The notes under the pieces were generated by a model. The model made no database searches. It saw only the letters and a list, made by a program, of their open reading frames with translations, and was not told the origin of the DNA. A DNA stretch of 64,000 nt, taken from the NCBI RefSeq assembly GCF_030684315.1, contig NC_081397.1, positions 5,270,001 through 5,334,000 on the forward strand, written 5' to 3'. Below are positions 24,941 through 38,959 of the stretch, piece by piece. Source of the stretch: Stegostoma tigrinum. Lineage: Eukaryota. The number at the start of each line of letters is the position of its first letter. Within the stretch, counting starts at the first letter, position 1. The translations under genes were made by a program, and so were the position numbers.

Positions 24941-25349
24941 GCGGAAGCTGTAAATCAGGAACAAAAACAAAGTTGCTGGAAAAGCTCAGCAGGTCCAGCA
25001 GCATCTGTGAGGGAGAAAACAGAGTTAACATTTCAGGTCCGGTGTACAGATCCATAACTAAACTCACGTATTCACATTGAGGAATCTTTGAGCTAGAGAC
25101 TGATAATCACAGTCAGACATTCAGAGAACAGGAACACACAGGCATAGACTGATAACTAACTTCTGTATTAACATAGCAGAAACTGACTCGCATTGACTGG
25201 TAACTGCATTCATGTTATCTTGTCAGGTGCAACAAACAGGTACGGATAGATAACTACACTCACACATTCACACCATAAATACTGACAATGACAAACAGCT
25301 TCAATCCCACCTATTGCATAGCAGAGACTGTCAAGAACAGATTGATAAC

Positions 25350-25477
25350 AAAGTGTGGAGCTGGACAATCACAGCAGGCCAAGCTGCTCCTGAGACGCTG
25401 CTTGGCCTGCTGTGTTCATCCAGCTCCACACTTTGTTATCTTGGATTCTCCAGCATCTGCAGTTCCCGTTATCACAG
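25350..25477. mobile_element. Fold-back PLE stub with TSD
   Basis: Hairpin of tail sequence between gaacagattgataac copies (25335-25349, 25478-25492). Confidence 0.7.
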
Positions 25478-25778
25478 GAACAGATTGATAACTGCACTCA
25501 AATATTGACACATCAGAAGCTGGCAGGCGCTGTTTAATATCCAAACTCTCATATTCACATACCAGAAAATGGCAGGTATAAATTGACAACCACACTCACA
25601 TACACACAGTCGCAGAAACTGACAGTGAAAGAACTGATAACAGCGTTCAGACGTTGACATCACAGAGCCTGGCAGAAACAGAGTGATAACTAAACCCTCA
25701 CATTCTTATAACAGAAACTGCCATGGATAGACTGGAAATTTAATCATCAAGCAGAACCTGACAGATACAGAGTGATGT

Positions 25779-27195
25779 GATAATGGGAACTGCAGATGCT
25801 GGAGAATCCAAGACAACAAAGTGTGGAGGTGGATGAACACAGCAGGCCAAGTAGCATCTCAGGAGCACAAAAGCTGACGTTTTGGGCCGAGACCCTTCAT
25901 CAGAGGGGGGGATGGGAGAGGGAACTGGAATAAATAGGGAGAGAGGGGGAGGCGGACCCAAGATGGAGAGAAAACAAGATAGGTAGAGAGGAGCCTACAG
26001 GTGGGGAGGTGGGGAGGGGTAGTTCAGTCCAGGGAAGATGGATAGGTCAAGGAGGCGGGATGAGGGGTAGGTAGGAAATGGAGGTGCGGCTTGAGGTGGG
26101 AGGAAGGGATTGGTGAGAGGAAGAACAGGTTAGGGAAGCAGAGACAAGCTGGGCTGGTTTTGGGATGCAGTGGGGGGAGGGGAAGAACTGGGCTGGTTTT
26201 GGGATGCAGTAGGGTGACCCCAGAGGATCCCCCTCATCCTCACATACCAGCCCACCTACCTCTGGATACAACATATCATCCTCCGACTCTTCCGCCATCT
26301 AAAATCCGTCCCCACCACCCAAGCCATTTTTCCATTCCCACCCTTGTCTCTTTCCGGAGAGATCACTCTCTCCACGACTCCCTTGTCCACTCCACACTCC
26401 CTCCAACCACACCACAGCAGACACCTTCCCCTGCAACCGCAGGAAGTGCTACACTTGTCCCACACACCTCCCTCACCCCCATCCCAGGCCCCAGGATGAC
26501 CTTCCATATCAAACAGATGTTCACCTGCACATCTGGCAATGTGGTATATTGTATCCATTGCACCCAGTGTGGCTTGCTCTACATTGGAGAAACCAAGCGG
26601 AGGCTTGGGGACTGCTTTGCAGAACACCTCCGCTCAGTTTGCAAGAAACAACTGCACCTCCCAGTCGCGCAACATTTCAGCTCCCCCTCCCATTCCTCAG
26701 ACGACATGGGCCTCCTGCATTGCCACAATGATGCCACCCGAAGGTTGCAGGAACAGCAACTCATATTCCGCTTGGGAACCCTGCAGCCCAGTGGTATCAA
26801 CGTGGACTTCACAAGCTTCAAAATCTCCCCTTCCCATACTGCATCCCAAAACCAGCCCAGTTCTTCCCCTCCCACCACTGCATCACAAAACCAGCCCAAC
26901 CTGTGTCTGCTTCCCTAACCTGTTCGTCCTCTCACCAATCCCTTCCTCCCACCTCAAGCCACACCTGCATTTCCAACCGATCACGTCATCCCGCCTCCTT
27001 GACCTGTCCATCTTCCCTGGACTGACCTATCCCCTCCCGACCTCCCCACCTATACCCTCCTCTCTACCTATCTTCTTTTCTCTCCATCTTCAGCCCGTCT
27101 CCCCCTCTCTCCCTATTTATTCCAGTTCCCTCTCCCCATCCCCCTCTCTGAAGAAGGGTCTAGGCCCGAAACATCAGATTTTGTGCTCCTGAGAT
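25779..27195. mobile_element. PLE with inverted 3' segment (minus arm 25779-26215, plus arm 26216-27195)
   Basis: GIY-YIG ORF 26091-26918, with terminal repeats facing outward at both ends. Confidence 0.88.
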
Positions 27196-28169
27196 AGTGA
27201 TAACTGCTGCCAAACATTCGCAGAGCATGGATGAAGATAAACAGATTGATAACTAAACACCCGTTTTCACAAGACAGAAGACTGATGGGGAAAAATTAGT
27301 ACATCCTCTCATAATTTCACACAGCAAAGACTGATATGGACGGAATGATAACTACAATTACACATTCATGCAACAGAATCTTGCAGGAATGTACTGATAA
27401 TTGTACAAACAAACTCACTTAGGAGAAACTGACAGTCTCAGATTTAAAACCACACTCTCTTTGTCACAAACTAAAAACTGGGAGGTACAGTGTGACAACT
27501 GAACTCAATAGTCACAGAGCAAAGTCTCCCAGGTACAGTGTGATAACTACCTTCTCACATCTGCCTAACAGAAACTAAACTCGCATATTGACGGAGCAGA
27601 AATTGGCATGTGCAGACTAATGCCTGCACTCTTACATTGATACCACCGAATGGACATGTAGGTACGAGTAACAACACTCATGCATTTTCTTGGAGAAACT
27701 GTCAGGCATGGATTGAGAACGACACCCACACATTCACAGAGCACACATTGAAAGGTACAGACTAATAATGTCACACTTTTGGACAACAGAAATGACAGAG
27801 GTAGATGACCTGAAATATCAAGCGACGTTGAAGATCTGGTCAGGAAAGGGAAGAAGGCATACATTGGGTTTAAACTATCAGGCTCAAGTGAATCCCTAGA
27901 TAACTATAAAAAGTGGAGAAGCACACAAGAGGGAAATCAGAAGAGCAAAAAGATGTCATGAAATGGATCTGGCAGAAAAGGTTACAGATAATCCCCAGAG
28001 GCTCATTAGTTATAATAAGAGTAAAAGGTTGGCTGCGGAGAGGAGGACCTCTTTAAGATCAGGATGGTGGTCCATGTGTGGAGCCACAGCAGAAGGGGAG
28101 GATTTTTAATGGATATTTCTCCTCAGTGTTTGCTGAGGAGAGAATCATGGATGCTAAGGAAATGAGATT

Positions 28170-28469
28170 AATTCCCTACAGTGTGGAAACAGGCGCCTCG
28201 GCTCAACAAGTCCACACCACCCCTTCAAGCTTCCCACCCAGACCCATACCCCTGTAACCCACACACCCCTGAACAGTACAGGCAATTTAGCATGTCCAAT
28301 CCACCTAACCTGCACATCTTTGGGCTGTGGGAGGAAACCGGAGCACCCGGAGTAAACCCACGCAGACACAGGGAGAATGTGTAAACTCCATACAGACAGT
28401 CGCCCGAGGCTGGAATCGAATCTGGGTCCCTGGTGCTGTGAGGCTGCAGTGCTAGCCACTGTGCCACCC
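28170..28469 (-). mobile_element. HE1-type tRNA-derived V-SINE
   Basis: Minus strand gggtggcacagtggctagcactgcagcctcacagcaccagggacccagattcgattcc head, plus the V-domain ctccgggtgctccggtttcctcccacag. Confidence 0.88.
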
Positions 28470-29170
28470 TATAATCCCTATTAGAAATAAGGGAAGGAAG
28501 TAGAGATATTTTGGACTGCATATGTATGAACAGAAAGGGTGTCTTTGCAGCCTTAGATCATACAAAGGTGGATGAATTTCTGAGTTCTGATAGTGTCCAT
28601 CTCGGATTTTGTGGGAAGCCAGTAAAGAAATTGCAGAGGCCCTTCCTTTGCAGAGATTTTAGCTTCATTTTTAGCCACTGGCGAGGTTCCAGAAGACTCG
28701 AGGGTGGCTAAAGTTGTTACATTGTTTATGAAAGGGAGGAAAGACAAGCCAGGGAACTTCCAGCCAGTGAGCCTAACACCAGCAGTAAGCAAGTTATTGG
28801 AAAGGATGCTGAGTGACAGGATCAATGAACATTTGGATATTCAAGGTATGATTACGGATAGTCGGCATGGATTTGTGTGCGGAAAGGCACATGTGACAAA
28901 TCTTTGAGTTTTTCAAAGAAGTAACCAAGTGAATAGATGAGGGGAGGGCAGTAGATGCAGTCTGTGTGGACTTTAGTAAGGCCTTTGACAAGGTCCTGCA
29001 CGCAGACTAGTAATGAAGGTTAGGTTGCAAGGGATCCAGGGAGAGCTAGCTAATTTGATTCAAAAATGGCTCGATGGTAGAAAGCAGAGTGTGATGGTTG
29101 AAGCTTGTTTCTCGGACTGGAGGCCTGTGACTCGTGGTGTGCCACAGGGGTTTGTGCTGTGACCTTTGTT

Positions 29171-29468
29171 GGGCACCTCGGTGTCTCAGTGGCTAGCACC
29201 GGGGATCTGGGTTCAATTCCATCCTCAGGCGATTATCTGTGTGGAGTTTGCACATTCTCTCCGTGTTTGAATGATGTTCCTCCGGGTGCTCCGGTTTCCT
29301 CCCACAGTTCAAAGATGTGCAGGCTAGGTTGGTTGGCTATGGGAATTTTCCCGTAGTGTTCAGTCATGTGTTGGGTGAGTTCTAGCAGGATGGATCTGGG
29401 TGGGATGCTCGGAGTGTCAGCATGAACTTGTTGGGCCAAAGGGCCTATTTCCACACAGTAGGGATTCG
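29171..29468 (+). mobile_element. HE1-type V-SINE
   Basis: ggttcaattcc B-box and gtgtggagtttgcacattctc..ctccgggtgctccggtttcctcccacag. Confidence 0.85.
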
Positions 29469-31077
29469 ATGATTGTGTGATAAGTGGCCTTGATGTGAAT
29501 GTACAAGGCATGATTCATATGTTTTCCAATAATACAAAATTAAGATGTAGTTTTGAAAGTGCGGAAGGTTTATCAAGAAAATAGAGGGATTTAAGAAGGA
29601 CCTTGCGGAGTGGTGCACATGTGGAATCAGCTGCCAGAGAAAGTTGTTGAGGCAGGTGCAATTGCAGCATTAAAAAAAGGGTAGGTTTTAGAGGGATATG
29701 GACCAAATGTGGGCAGTTGGAATTAGCTGAGAGGGCACCATGATCAGCATGAACCAGTTTGGGCTGAAGGGCCTTTGTCCATGCTGCATGACTGCCTGAC
29801 CTCAGACTACAACAGGACCTTGATCGAGAGGACCAATGGGCTATGGAGTGGCAGCTGGGGTTTAATCTTGACAAATGTGAGGTGCTACATTTTGTCACAG
29901 AAAATCGGGGCAAGACTTGCACACTTCATGGTCAATTCTCGGGAAGTGTTGCCAAACTAAGTGGCCATGGAATGCAGGCTCATAGCGTCTTGAAAGTGGA
30001 ATTCCAGGGAGACAGGGCAGTGAAGAAGGTGTTTGATACAATTCCCTTTATTGGTCAGGGCATTCAGTGTATATTGAGGATTGGGAGGTGATGTTGTGGC
30101 TGTACAGAAGATTGGTTAGACTACTTCTGAAATACTGCATTCAATTCTGGTGCCCCCTTGCAATAGGGAAGGTGTTGTTAAACTTGCATGAGTCAGGAAC
30201 ATGTTTAAAAGGATGTTGCCACAGTTTGAAAGTTTGAGTTTCAGGGAGAGACTGAATAGACAGGGCTTATTGTGGCTTGTTTTGCAGCTTGTTTTCCATG
30301 GAGTGTCAGAGGCTGGGTGGTGACTGTGTAGAAGATATAAAATTAAGAGGGGCATGGATAGCATGAATAATCACGTTCTTATGCACACGGGATAGGAGTC
30401 CGAAACTGGAGGGCATGGGTTTTGGATGAGAAAATCACGATGTGAAAGGAATTTAAGGTGGGTAATGTTTGCTCACAGAGTGTGGTGTGGAATTGCAGTG
30501 AACTGCCAGAGGAAGTGGTGGAGTTGAGTACAGCTACAACATTTAAATGACATCTGGGCGGGTGTATGAATCGGAAGGGCTTAGAGTGATGTGGGCCAAA
30601 TGCTGGCAAATAGGACTAGATTAATTGAGGATATCTGGTTGCCATGGATGAGGTGGACCCACGAGTGTTGTATATCTTTATGACAGTATGACAGGAACAG
30701 ACTGTGAGAGAGTAATAACCATCCACACTTCATGAAAAGCGTCAGATGGATAACTGCACTCCCATTTTCATATCGCAGAGACTGACAGATATTCGACAAA
30801 CTATCCCTCATTAAACATCAAGCTCTGAACACAATACTGCTTATAGTGTAATGCAGAAACTACAGAGAGTGATGAAACAAAATAATATGTTATACATGAA
30901 AGGTTGCTTTGAGCAGATAAATACATTGTCGCAATTAAAAACTCTCAGGTACTGTGTTTAAAATATCAATAAATGACAATAACGAGTTAAATGTAGAGTG
31001 ATTCGGGTACAAAATTTCGGCTTGTGTTTCACTTTTCGTTGCATGTCCTGACAGATCCCCGATGTATCCCACACTAA

Positions 31078-31188
31078 CCAATCACAGAAAAGCTAATCAC
31101 ATCCTCTGAGATTCTTGTAAACTGTCCAATCATGAACAAGACCTCCCCAATCCCTCATTAGCATTGCTGACGCCAGCAGCCTATAAAA
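31078..31188 (+). promoter_or_regulatory. H2B promoter: three CCAAT boxes, octamer variant, TATA
   Basis: CCAAT at 31078, 31126 and 31147; ATTAGCAT at 31157-31164; TATAAAA at 31182-31188. Confidence 0.85.
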
Positions 31189-31241
31189 AGCGAGCTCCGC
31201 GCCCACTTTCCCTTATTCTGTGTCTGACAGTGACCGTCGCT

Positions 31242-31622
31242 ATGGCAGATGAGAAGAAATCGCAGGCAACTTCCAAGAAAGGCGCGAAGAAAATCATCAA
31301 GAAGGCGCCGGGGAAAAGCGGCAAGAAAAGGAGCCGACGCAGGAAAGAAAGTTACTCCATCTACATCTACAAAGTGATGAAGCAGGTTCACCCCGACACC
31401 GGCATCTCCTCCAGGGCCATGAGCATCATGAACTCGTTCGTCAACGATATTTTCGAGCGTATCGCAGGGGAGGCTTCCCGCCTGGCCCATTACAACAAGC
31501 GCAGCACCATCAGCTCCCGGGAGATCCAGACCGCCGTGCGGCTGCTGCTGCCCGGGGAGCTGGCCAAGCACGCCGTGTCGGAGGGTACAAAGGCGGTGAC
31601 CAAGTACACCAGCTCCAAGTGA
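31242..31622 (+). CDS. H2B: Histone H2B, 126 aa
   Basis: MADEKK...[24 protein letters not shown]...AVTKYTSSK. The true ATG is at 31242, downstream of the TATA. Confidence 0.98.
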   Translation: MADEKKSQATSKKGAKKIIKKAPGKSGKKRSRRRKESYSIYIYKVMKQVHPDTGISSRAMSIMNSFVNDIFERIAGEASRLAHYNKRSTISSREIQTAVRLLLPGELAKHAVSEGTKAVTKYTSSK

Positions 31623-31664
31623 GACACCTCGCTGCTGAAAGCAGACACCAATCCAAAACCCAAC

Positions 31665-31705
31665 GGCTCTTTTAAGAGCCACCCACAATTGCACTGAGGC
31701 AGCTG
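31665..31705 (+). terminator. Histone stem-loop and HDE of H2B
   Basis: GGCTCT TTTA AGAGCC ACCCA (31665-31685), then GAGGCAGCTG. Confidence 0.95.
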
Positions 31706-32077
31706 AACCGTTTTAACTTGGATAGTCGATGCTGGAGAATCTGAGACAACAAGGTGTGGGCCTGGGTGAACACAGCAAGCCGAGCAGCGTCAGAGGAGCA
31801 GGAATGTTGACATTTCGGGGCGAGACCCTTCTTAAGAAATTAGGTTTTAACTTTGTGGTTTATTCTGGGTCTGTATAATTCATGTCCCTAAGCTTTGTGT
31901 TTCGTTTTCAATAAATTTTGTTTAAAAAAATTCGTGTGATCCCTGACCCTCTGCCCTTTATTCTCGGTTGCGTAGTTCCCTGACTGTTTTCCCTGCCTGT
32001 ATAGAGAGCATATTTATCGTCACGGAGTCATTTTTTTCTGCAACTTCTTTGTTTTCCGGTTACTCTTTAACCCTTGA

Positions 32078-32606
32078 AAACAAAGTGTGAGGATGGATGA
32101 ACACAGCAGGCCAAGCAGCATCTCAGGAGCACAAAAGCTGACGTTTCGGGCCGAGACCTTTCATCAGAGAGGGGGATGGGGGGAGGGAACTGGAATAAAT
32201 AGGGAGAGAGGGGGAGGCGGACCGAAGATGGAGAGTAACATTTTGTTATCTTGGAATTTGGGGCGGCACGGTGGCTCAGGGGTTAGCACTGCAGCCTCAC
32301 AGCGCCAGGAACCCAGGTTCAATTCCCACCTCAGGCTGTGAGGAGTTTGCACATTCTCCCCGTGTTTGCGTGGGTTTCCTCCGGGGTCCGCTGGTTTCCT
32401 CCCACAGTCCAAAGATGTGCAGGCTAGGTGGAATGGCCATGCTAAATTGCCCGTAGTGTTCAGGGGAGTGTGGGTTATAGGGAGATGGGTCTGGTTGGGA
32501 TGCTTCAAGGGGCGGTGTGGACTTGTTGGGCTGAAGGGCCTGTTTCCACACTGGAGGGAATCTTAAAAAAAAATTCTCCAGCATCTGCAGTTCCCATTAA
32601 CACTGA
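32078..32606. mobile_element. Fold-back PLE stub with nested HE1 SINE
   Basis: 17-bp TSD tactctttaacccttga (32061-32077, 32607-32623). The PLE tail is split by the SINE. Confidence 0.85.
32261..32572 (+). mobile_element. HE1-type V-SINE (near full length)
   Basis: GGGCGGCACGGTGGCTCAG A-box, GGTTCAATTCC B-box, V-domain and A-rich end. Confidence 0.92.
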
Positions 32607-34057
32607 TACTCTTTAACCCTTGATCCGTGCATAAGCTACAGTGCCCCCTGGGGTATGAAACACGAGTTTCGACCCCGGAAAGGAAAGTAACTGTTCTCGT
32701 CCCACGAATAGATTTTGAAACTTACTTGTCCTTTTCTTTTTTTTTCAATTTTCAAAACGCCACTGAGGCTTCGTCTGATGTTTGCAGAGCACTGCAAATG
32801 AGGCTGTCAGGTGTCGCGAAGAGGCTTTCAAACTGAACTGAGATGTGAAACTGGCTGAAGTCTGATCAAGGACAATAGGGACGGCAAATTTAAACTGAAG
32901 TTTCACCTCTCTCAACGGCAAGAACGTTATGTGAGTTTTTCCTTAATATTTCAGACGCACTTGCAATATGAAAATGAATTAAATTCGATGAAAAATTATT
33001 CATTCCTCTTTGTAAAACGTCTTTTTCCTATTTCGGACGTGTTGGAGGGTTTTGTCCCTGTGGGTAATGAGCCCTAAATTTCTCCCGTGGCAACGAAAGC
33101 AAATGACCCCATATTTGAGACCAACGAAGAGTAGTATCGTGCGATTTGTGTTTTGTTTCAATTTCCAAATCTCTACGTGAAGTTCTCCGAGTTTATTTTC
33201 AGAATGCAGTATGTGGGGCTTGCCGTTCTCGGTAAGAGGCTTTTCAAAATGAAATCTAGCACAATAATTACAAAATTTGCCGAAGCCGGTATCACTCATT
33301 GAGTGAGAAAGAGAGGTTATGTCAAGTATCAATTTTTGTAATCTGAAAGGAAATTAAATCGTAAGCATTCATGTAAAGCGTCTTCCTCGTATTGCCCATG
33401 TTGGCGGGCTTTTCAAATCGGAAAGAAAACGGTGGATGATTTGGCGCCGGTATTTTCCTACGGTTTCCACGCAGAGGAATTTTGTTTAATTTTCAAATCT
33501 CCCCGCGGGTTCTGTCCAGTTTTGCAGAAAGCTATAAATGAGGCTTTCTGCTGTCGGTGGGAGCATTTCAAAGTGAACCGAGATGAAAGCAGAACAGCTG
33601 CCGGACTGGCATCGCAAAAGTAGAAATATTGTTGATCTCGTGCAGTAGGGAGCGCGATTGTAAAATGTTGTTTAAAGCAGTAATGCGCTCAACGGGAAAG
33701 AAATTGTTGTGTGATACTGTTATCATTATATCCATTATCGGCATGATATGCTGATCTGAAATAAAATAAATCTGTGCAGAGACTTACTTTTGTCGGGCTC
33801 TTTTTTCTGCCATCTGCTCATTCTTAAGTATTAAAAAAATCAGAAACACATCGATTCACTGAGGCCTGGGAATCAGAGAGAGATTGTGTGCAGTATACAG
33901 GTGTATTCTAACAGTAAATTATCTGAAATATGAACGTATTCTTCTTTGTAAAACTTCTTCCAGTTTTGTACATATTGGCGGGCTTTCCGAGTTTGAAAGA
34001 AAGCGGTTGATGATTTGGCGCCAGGACGTTCCCGCCTCCTCCCCTGGCCCTCTCCGG

Positions 34058-34619
<562 letters not shown>

Positions 34620-34649
34620 AGAGGCCGTTCTTGAATTTGCAAACACAAA

Positions 34650-34693
34650 GGCTCTTTTAAGAGCCACCCACCACATCAGTGAAAAGCAGCTAG
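34650..34693 (+). terminator. Histone stem-loop and HDE of H2A
   Basis: GGCTCT TTTA AGAGCC ACCCA (34650-34670), then GAAAAGCAGCT. Confidence 0.95.
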
Positions 34694-35269
34694 ACCGTCA
34701 CTGCTGGCTAATTAACTTTCATGTAATGTTCAAACACGGTCCTTTAAATGAGCAAAAATAATCGCTTTTGCTTTCTCCTTAACACGGATAACAGTAGAAC
34801 AGCTGGCGGACGGGACGAATAAAGTTGGAGGTTTTGCTACAGGGACAGCGACTTAAAACAGTGACTCAAAAGGGCATCCCCATCAATACGCTGATAGGGA
34901 AATAGAGACATGGAATAGCTCCGCGCCAGGAAGAGGCCCTTCGGGACTGAACCGACCCTCCTTAGTGGGTCTAACGAATACACAAATGGGAGATTGGGCA
35001 AAGTTTCGAGTTCAGGAACAAAAATATAAAAATTGTTTATATGTTGTGGTGGGTATTGAAATTGGCGCCAACTTCAGTTACAGCTGCGGAAACGCCAAGG
35101 GAAGCAATTCGAATTTGTTGTAATTATTGAAAATGTATAAATCTGATTGGCCCGAGTAGCCTCTTGTCTTTAATATGAATTAGTGCATCTCAGACACATT
35201 CAGAAACTGTAAGAGCTGTTGCAGTGAGACATCAATAACATTAACGAAAGTCCATAGTGCCTGATGATT

Positions 35270-35309
35270 GCTGCTCTCTCTGGATAGTGTCGTGGCTCTG
35301 AAAAGAGCC
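35270..35309 (-). terminator. Histone stem-loop and HDE of H3
   Basis: Minus strand GGCTCT TTTC AGAGCC ACGAC (loop at 35294-35309), then AGAGAGAGCAG. Confidence 0.9.
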
Positions 35310-35351
35310 GTTGTTTCTCGGGGTGAATGTGCAGGGTCGGGCACGCTCCTT

Positions 35352-35789
<438 letters not shown>

Positions 35790-35820
35790 CTATCAATGCT
35801 GCTCCTGCTGCGGCGCTGCC

Positions 35821-35985
35821 TATTTAAGGGAATGGAGAGCCCGTCCTAGAGCTGGGATTGGATACAGTCCCGTCCCTCAACCCGCTGAGAAACAGCCGCT
35901 GAAGGACAGAAAAGGCAGCAAAACAGTTGTTGGAGGCTGATTGGTTAAGTTGAAATGACAGTTGGTCTATTTCAAATCGCCCGCC
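35821..35985 (-). promoter_or_regulatory. H3 promoter: TATA-like, CCAAT x2, CDE/CHR-like tandem
   Basis: TTAAATA (~35821-35827), CCAAT (35857-35861, 35940-35944) and GGCGG-gcga-TTTGAA (35971-35985), all on the minus strand. Confidence 0.65.
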
Positions 35986-36582
35986 GATTTCAGAAAGAGC
36001 TGAAGTAATTTTAAAACAAGAACTCCCATGTGTCTGCAACGAAGGTTATATCTTATGCTTTACAAAATTTTGTTGTGAACCTAACGTGCAGTCAGCGCGG
36101 AGTGGGCTCTGAATCATTTCCTGATATGTCCCTGACAGGCAGTTAGAATGAACTCGCCACTAAAACATCAGCACGGCTACCAGAATCAAACTGAACAAAG
36201 TATCATTCCTGGAAGCGTGAATGAAGTACAAACACTGCAATATGCGATTAGCGCCTGGGCCCAAAATTACGGACAGAGCACATTATTATTCACGGTATGG
36301 ACAACTGGTAGTATTACTGATAGACTGGTATTCACAAGAAAGGGCATAACCAGCTGCAGAACAGTATCGTCTCGAATGGCCGTGAAACCTCTATCTGTAG
36401 TGCAGGGATACCTTGGTTAGAAAACACTTTACTGCAGACAGTATAATTTCACAATCCGCGCTCTCTCTCCTGCAACGCGGGGCACGAAGTTAATGTATTT
36501 CCTTAAAGGATTGGTTCAAAATTAAAAGTCGCTGCACCAGCCCTCTGTGTTGCCTTTCCCCGTCCTCAGGTCTCCGCTCTCA

Positions 36583-36918
<336 letters not shown>

Positions 36919-37461
36919 TCACTGCAATCGCTGCCGAGTGAGAGCCGAGCTGCCTCACCTTCTTTCTTGATACAGCCCGCCACGGCCTGGCTGAGAAAGA
37001 GCTGACAGAGAGGGAGAGGCGGCCCGGGCAGGAAACTGAGTGACAGACAGAGAAATGTCCAGCTCCGCCTCCAGCTAACTCCCGCCCCTCACTGGATCTG
37101 GAACTCAACCTTTTCTCCACAAGGGCAGTGAACACAAGGCCCGGCAGAAAGCCTGCAGGCTCAAGCTTCATGTTCGAAGATAATAAAACCTGGAACTTTT
37201 AAAAGCAATTGTGATACAATTAAACGCCCATGTGCCGGCCTTTCTTTCAGGAGACAGCATGTCAGCTTCCATTTCAAAGATAGCAGAAACTGCAGATGCT
37301 GTAGAATACGACAGTGTCAGTTTCCATTGCTCCAGCTGAATCACACAAAATCAATTCTTGAGGGCTGTGTTACGAAGCGGGGTTTCTGCGCCAGTGTTAC
37401 TCTCTCCCTGAATGTGTAAAATAGAAACGGACAGGAACTGAAACTGACTTTTCCACAGCCA

Positions 37462-38200
37462 TGATAACAAAGTGTGGGGCTGGATGAACACAGCTGGCCA
37501 AGCAGCATCTTAGGAGCACAAAAACTGATATTTCAGGCCGAGACCCTTCATCCAGCCAATATCACTTTCCACAGCCATATCACATTCCTCAGTGACTGCC
37601 TCCCGCTCAGACTCACACCACGTGGATTCCAACTCAAGTTTCATCCCTCATGTTTTGAATCCTCCCAGGATCATAGATACCACCATGATGTTCAACGTTC
37701 CATGGACGGCAGCTCTGGCCACATTCTGAGATCCACCCTCAATGCGATGTGGCTGCACATGCATACTCTCAACCTCTCTCTCCAACAGCATCGTAACACA
37801 CTGGCTCAGGGCTGTACCACTCCACAGTTCCACTTCATCCTCCAGCTCATTCGTCAGACTAACAAGGAATTTTTTTTTCTTTTCTGATCAGGCAATCAGG
37901 CCCACAAGATGCATCAACTCAAAAATACCAATGGCTGTCTGGAACCTACCGCTCCTTCCCTTCCCTATGACTCTATCCCCTCCCACAAACACCCCACATC
38001 ATGTCAGGTATTGGCCATCCCTCCTAACCTTCTGCTCTCTGATGCTGAACTCTCTGTACTCAGCAAAGGCCTCAGCTTTATCTCTCTGCATCCAGTTCTG
38101 AGGAAGGGTCATCGGACCTGAAATGTTCACTTTTTTCCCCTCCATAGATGCTGCCAAATCTGCTGAGCGTTTCCAGTAACTTTGTTTTTGTTCCCGAACT
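37462..38200 (+). mobile_element. PLE 5' ORF fragment between terminal-repeat stubs
   Basis: Inverted tail at 37462-37551, then HSHITFLSDC..LTPRGFQLKFHPS and LSDAELSVLSKGLSF (PLE N-terminal motif). Decayed hammerhead at ~38098. Confidence 0.7.
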
Positions 38201-38339
38201 GCAAGTGCACCCGAACTGATGGTCAGTAAAAATGAGAGGGTGTGTCCTCACACTGAATCATTGTAGAATGTGCGAGAGGAACTGGGTGTAAATGGAGCCA
38301 AGAAAGCGTGCTTTGAATGATTCAAATTAATTAATGTCT

Positions 38340-38515
38340 ACGTCTCCACTCGGAACCAGGACAGGGACCCTTTGATCCGGGCTCAGCTCTTTCCTGAGAG
38401 ATATCGGTGTCTCTGACAGGAGCCTTTGGGTTCAGATGGTTACATGTTGCACCTATGGGTTCATTTCTTTGCTGCTTTCTTGGTCAATTTCACTTTCGGC
38501 TTGGCCTTCGCTTTA
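38340..38515 (-). pseudogene. H1: Histone H1 3' remnant
   Basis: Encodes ..KAKAKPKVKLTKKAAKK* (stop at 38461-38463), with a degenerate stem-loop (38409-38424) and an intact HDE. Aligns to 7255-7600. Confidence 0.85.
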
Positions 38516-38959
38516 GTGAACCTTTCCAATGTTTTCAATTGTATTTGCTCCTCCTGCTCTGACAGTGAACATTACAAAATCAATCCCAGCGGAGATCAGC
38601 TGTTCTCCACTAAACATAGACACACAGACCGTGCAGTTTCTCAGCATAGGGAGATGTAGCTAACCTCTAGTCAAGGTGAGTGTATGCCTGGGCAGACTTT
38701 CCGAGAAGAGAAGGAACATTGACTGCCCGGCTGTAATACAGGAGTATTGTTCTCAGGGTCAGTGCAACATGTCCAATTCTGTTCACGATCACTCACATTA
38801 ATCGATACAATTCCATAGAGATTTGGGATTGTAGTGGGGATTGTTGTGATGGAACTTGCTGTTAGGGTGGATGGAGGCTATATCAAGTCTGATCAGTGTG
38901 TGAGTGTAAAACTGCATCACAGAGACGTGCAGTAAGGCATCCTTTGACTTGAGCCTCAG

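Larger units (their letters stand above)
21770..27800 (+). repeat. Long degenerate ~47-49 bp minisatellite array interrupted by PLEs
   Basis: TGATAA-like anchors at ~22041, 22088, 22135 and 22184. The array continues at 23320-23820, 25045-25775 and 27196-27800. Confidence 0.8.
27820..30690 (+). mobile_element. Old CR1 LINE ORF2 remnant with nested SINEs
   Basis: VTLFMKGRKDKPGNFQPVSLTPAVSKLLE, DFSKAFDKV and WQLGFNLDKCEVLHF. Confidence 0.85.

Noticed and set aside
21770-27800. CRISPR-like periodic array
   Set aside because: Units are degenerate along their whole length, with no constant repeat/unique spacer pattern and no cas genes, in a eukaryotic context.
31164-31241. N-terminal extensions of H2B (also H2A 34176, H3 35780, H4 36912) in the ORF track
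   Set aside because: They begin at non-canonical or upstream codons within promoter or leader sequence, and the canonical starts are downstream.
32261-32335. tRNA gene
   Set aside because: The A/B boxes belong to an HE1-type SINE head followed by the V-domain, and there is no complete cloverleaf.
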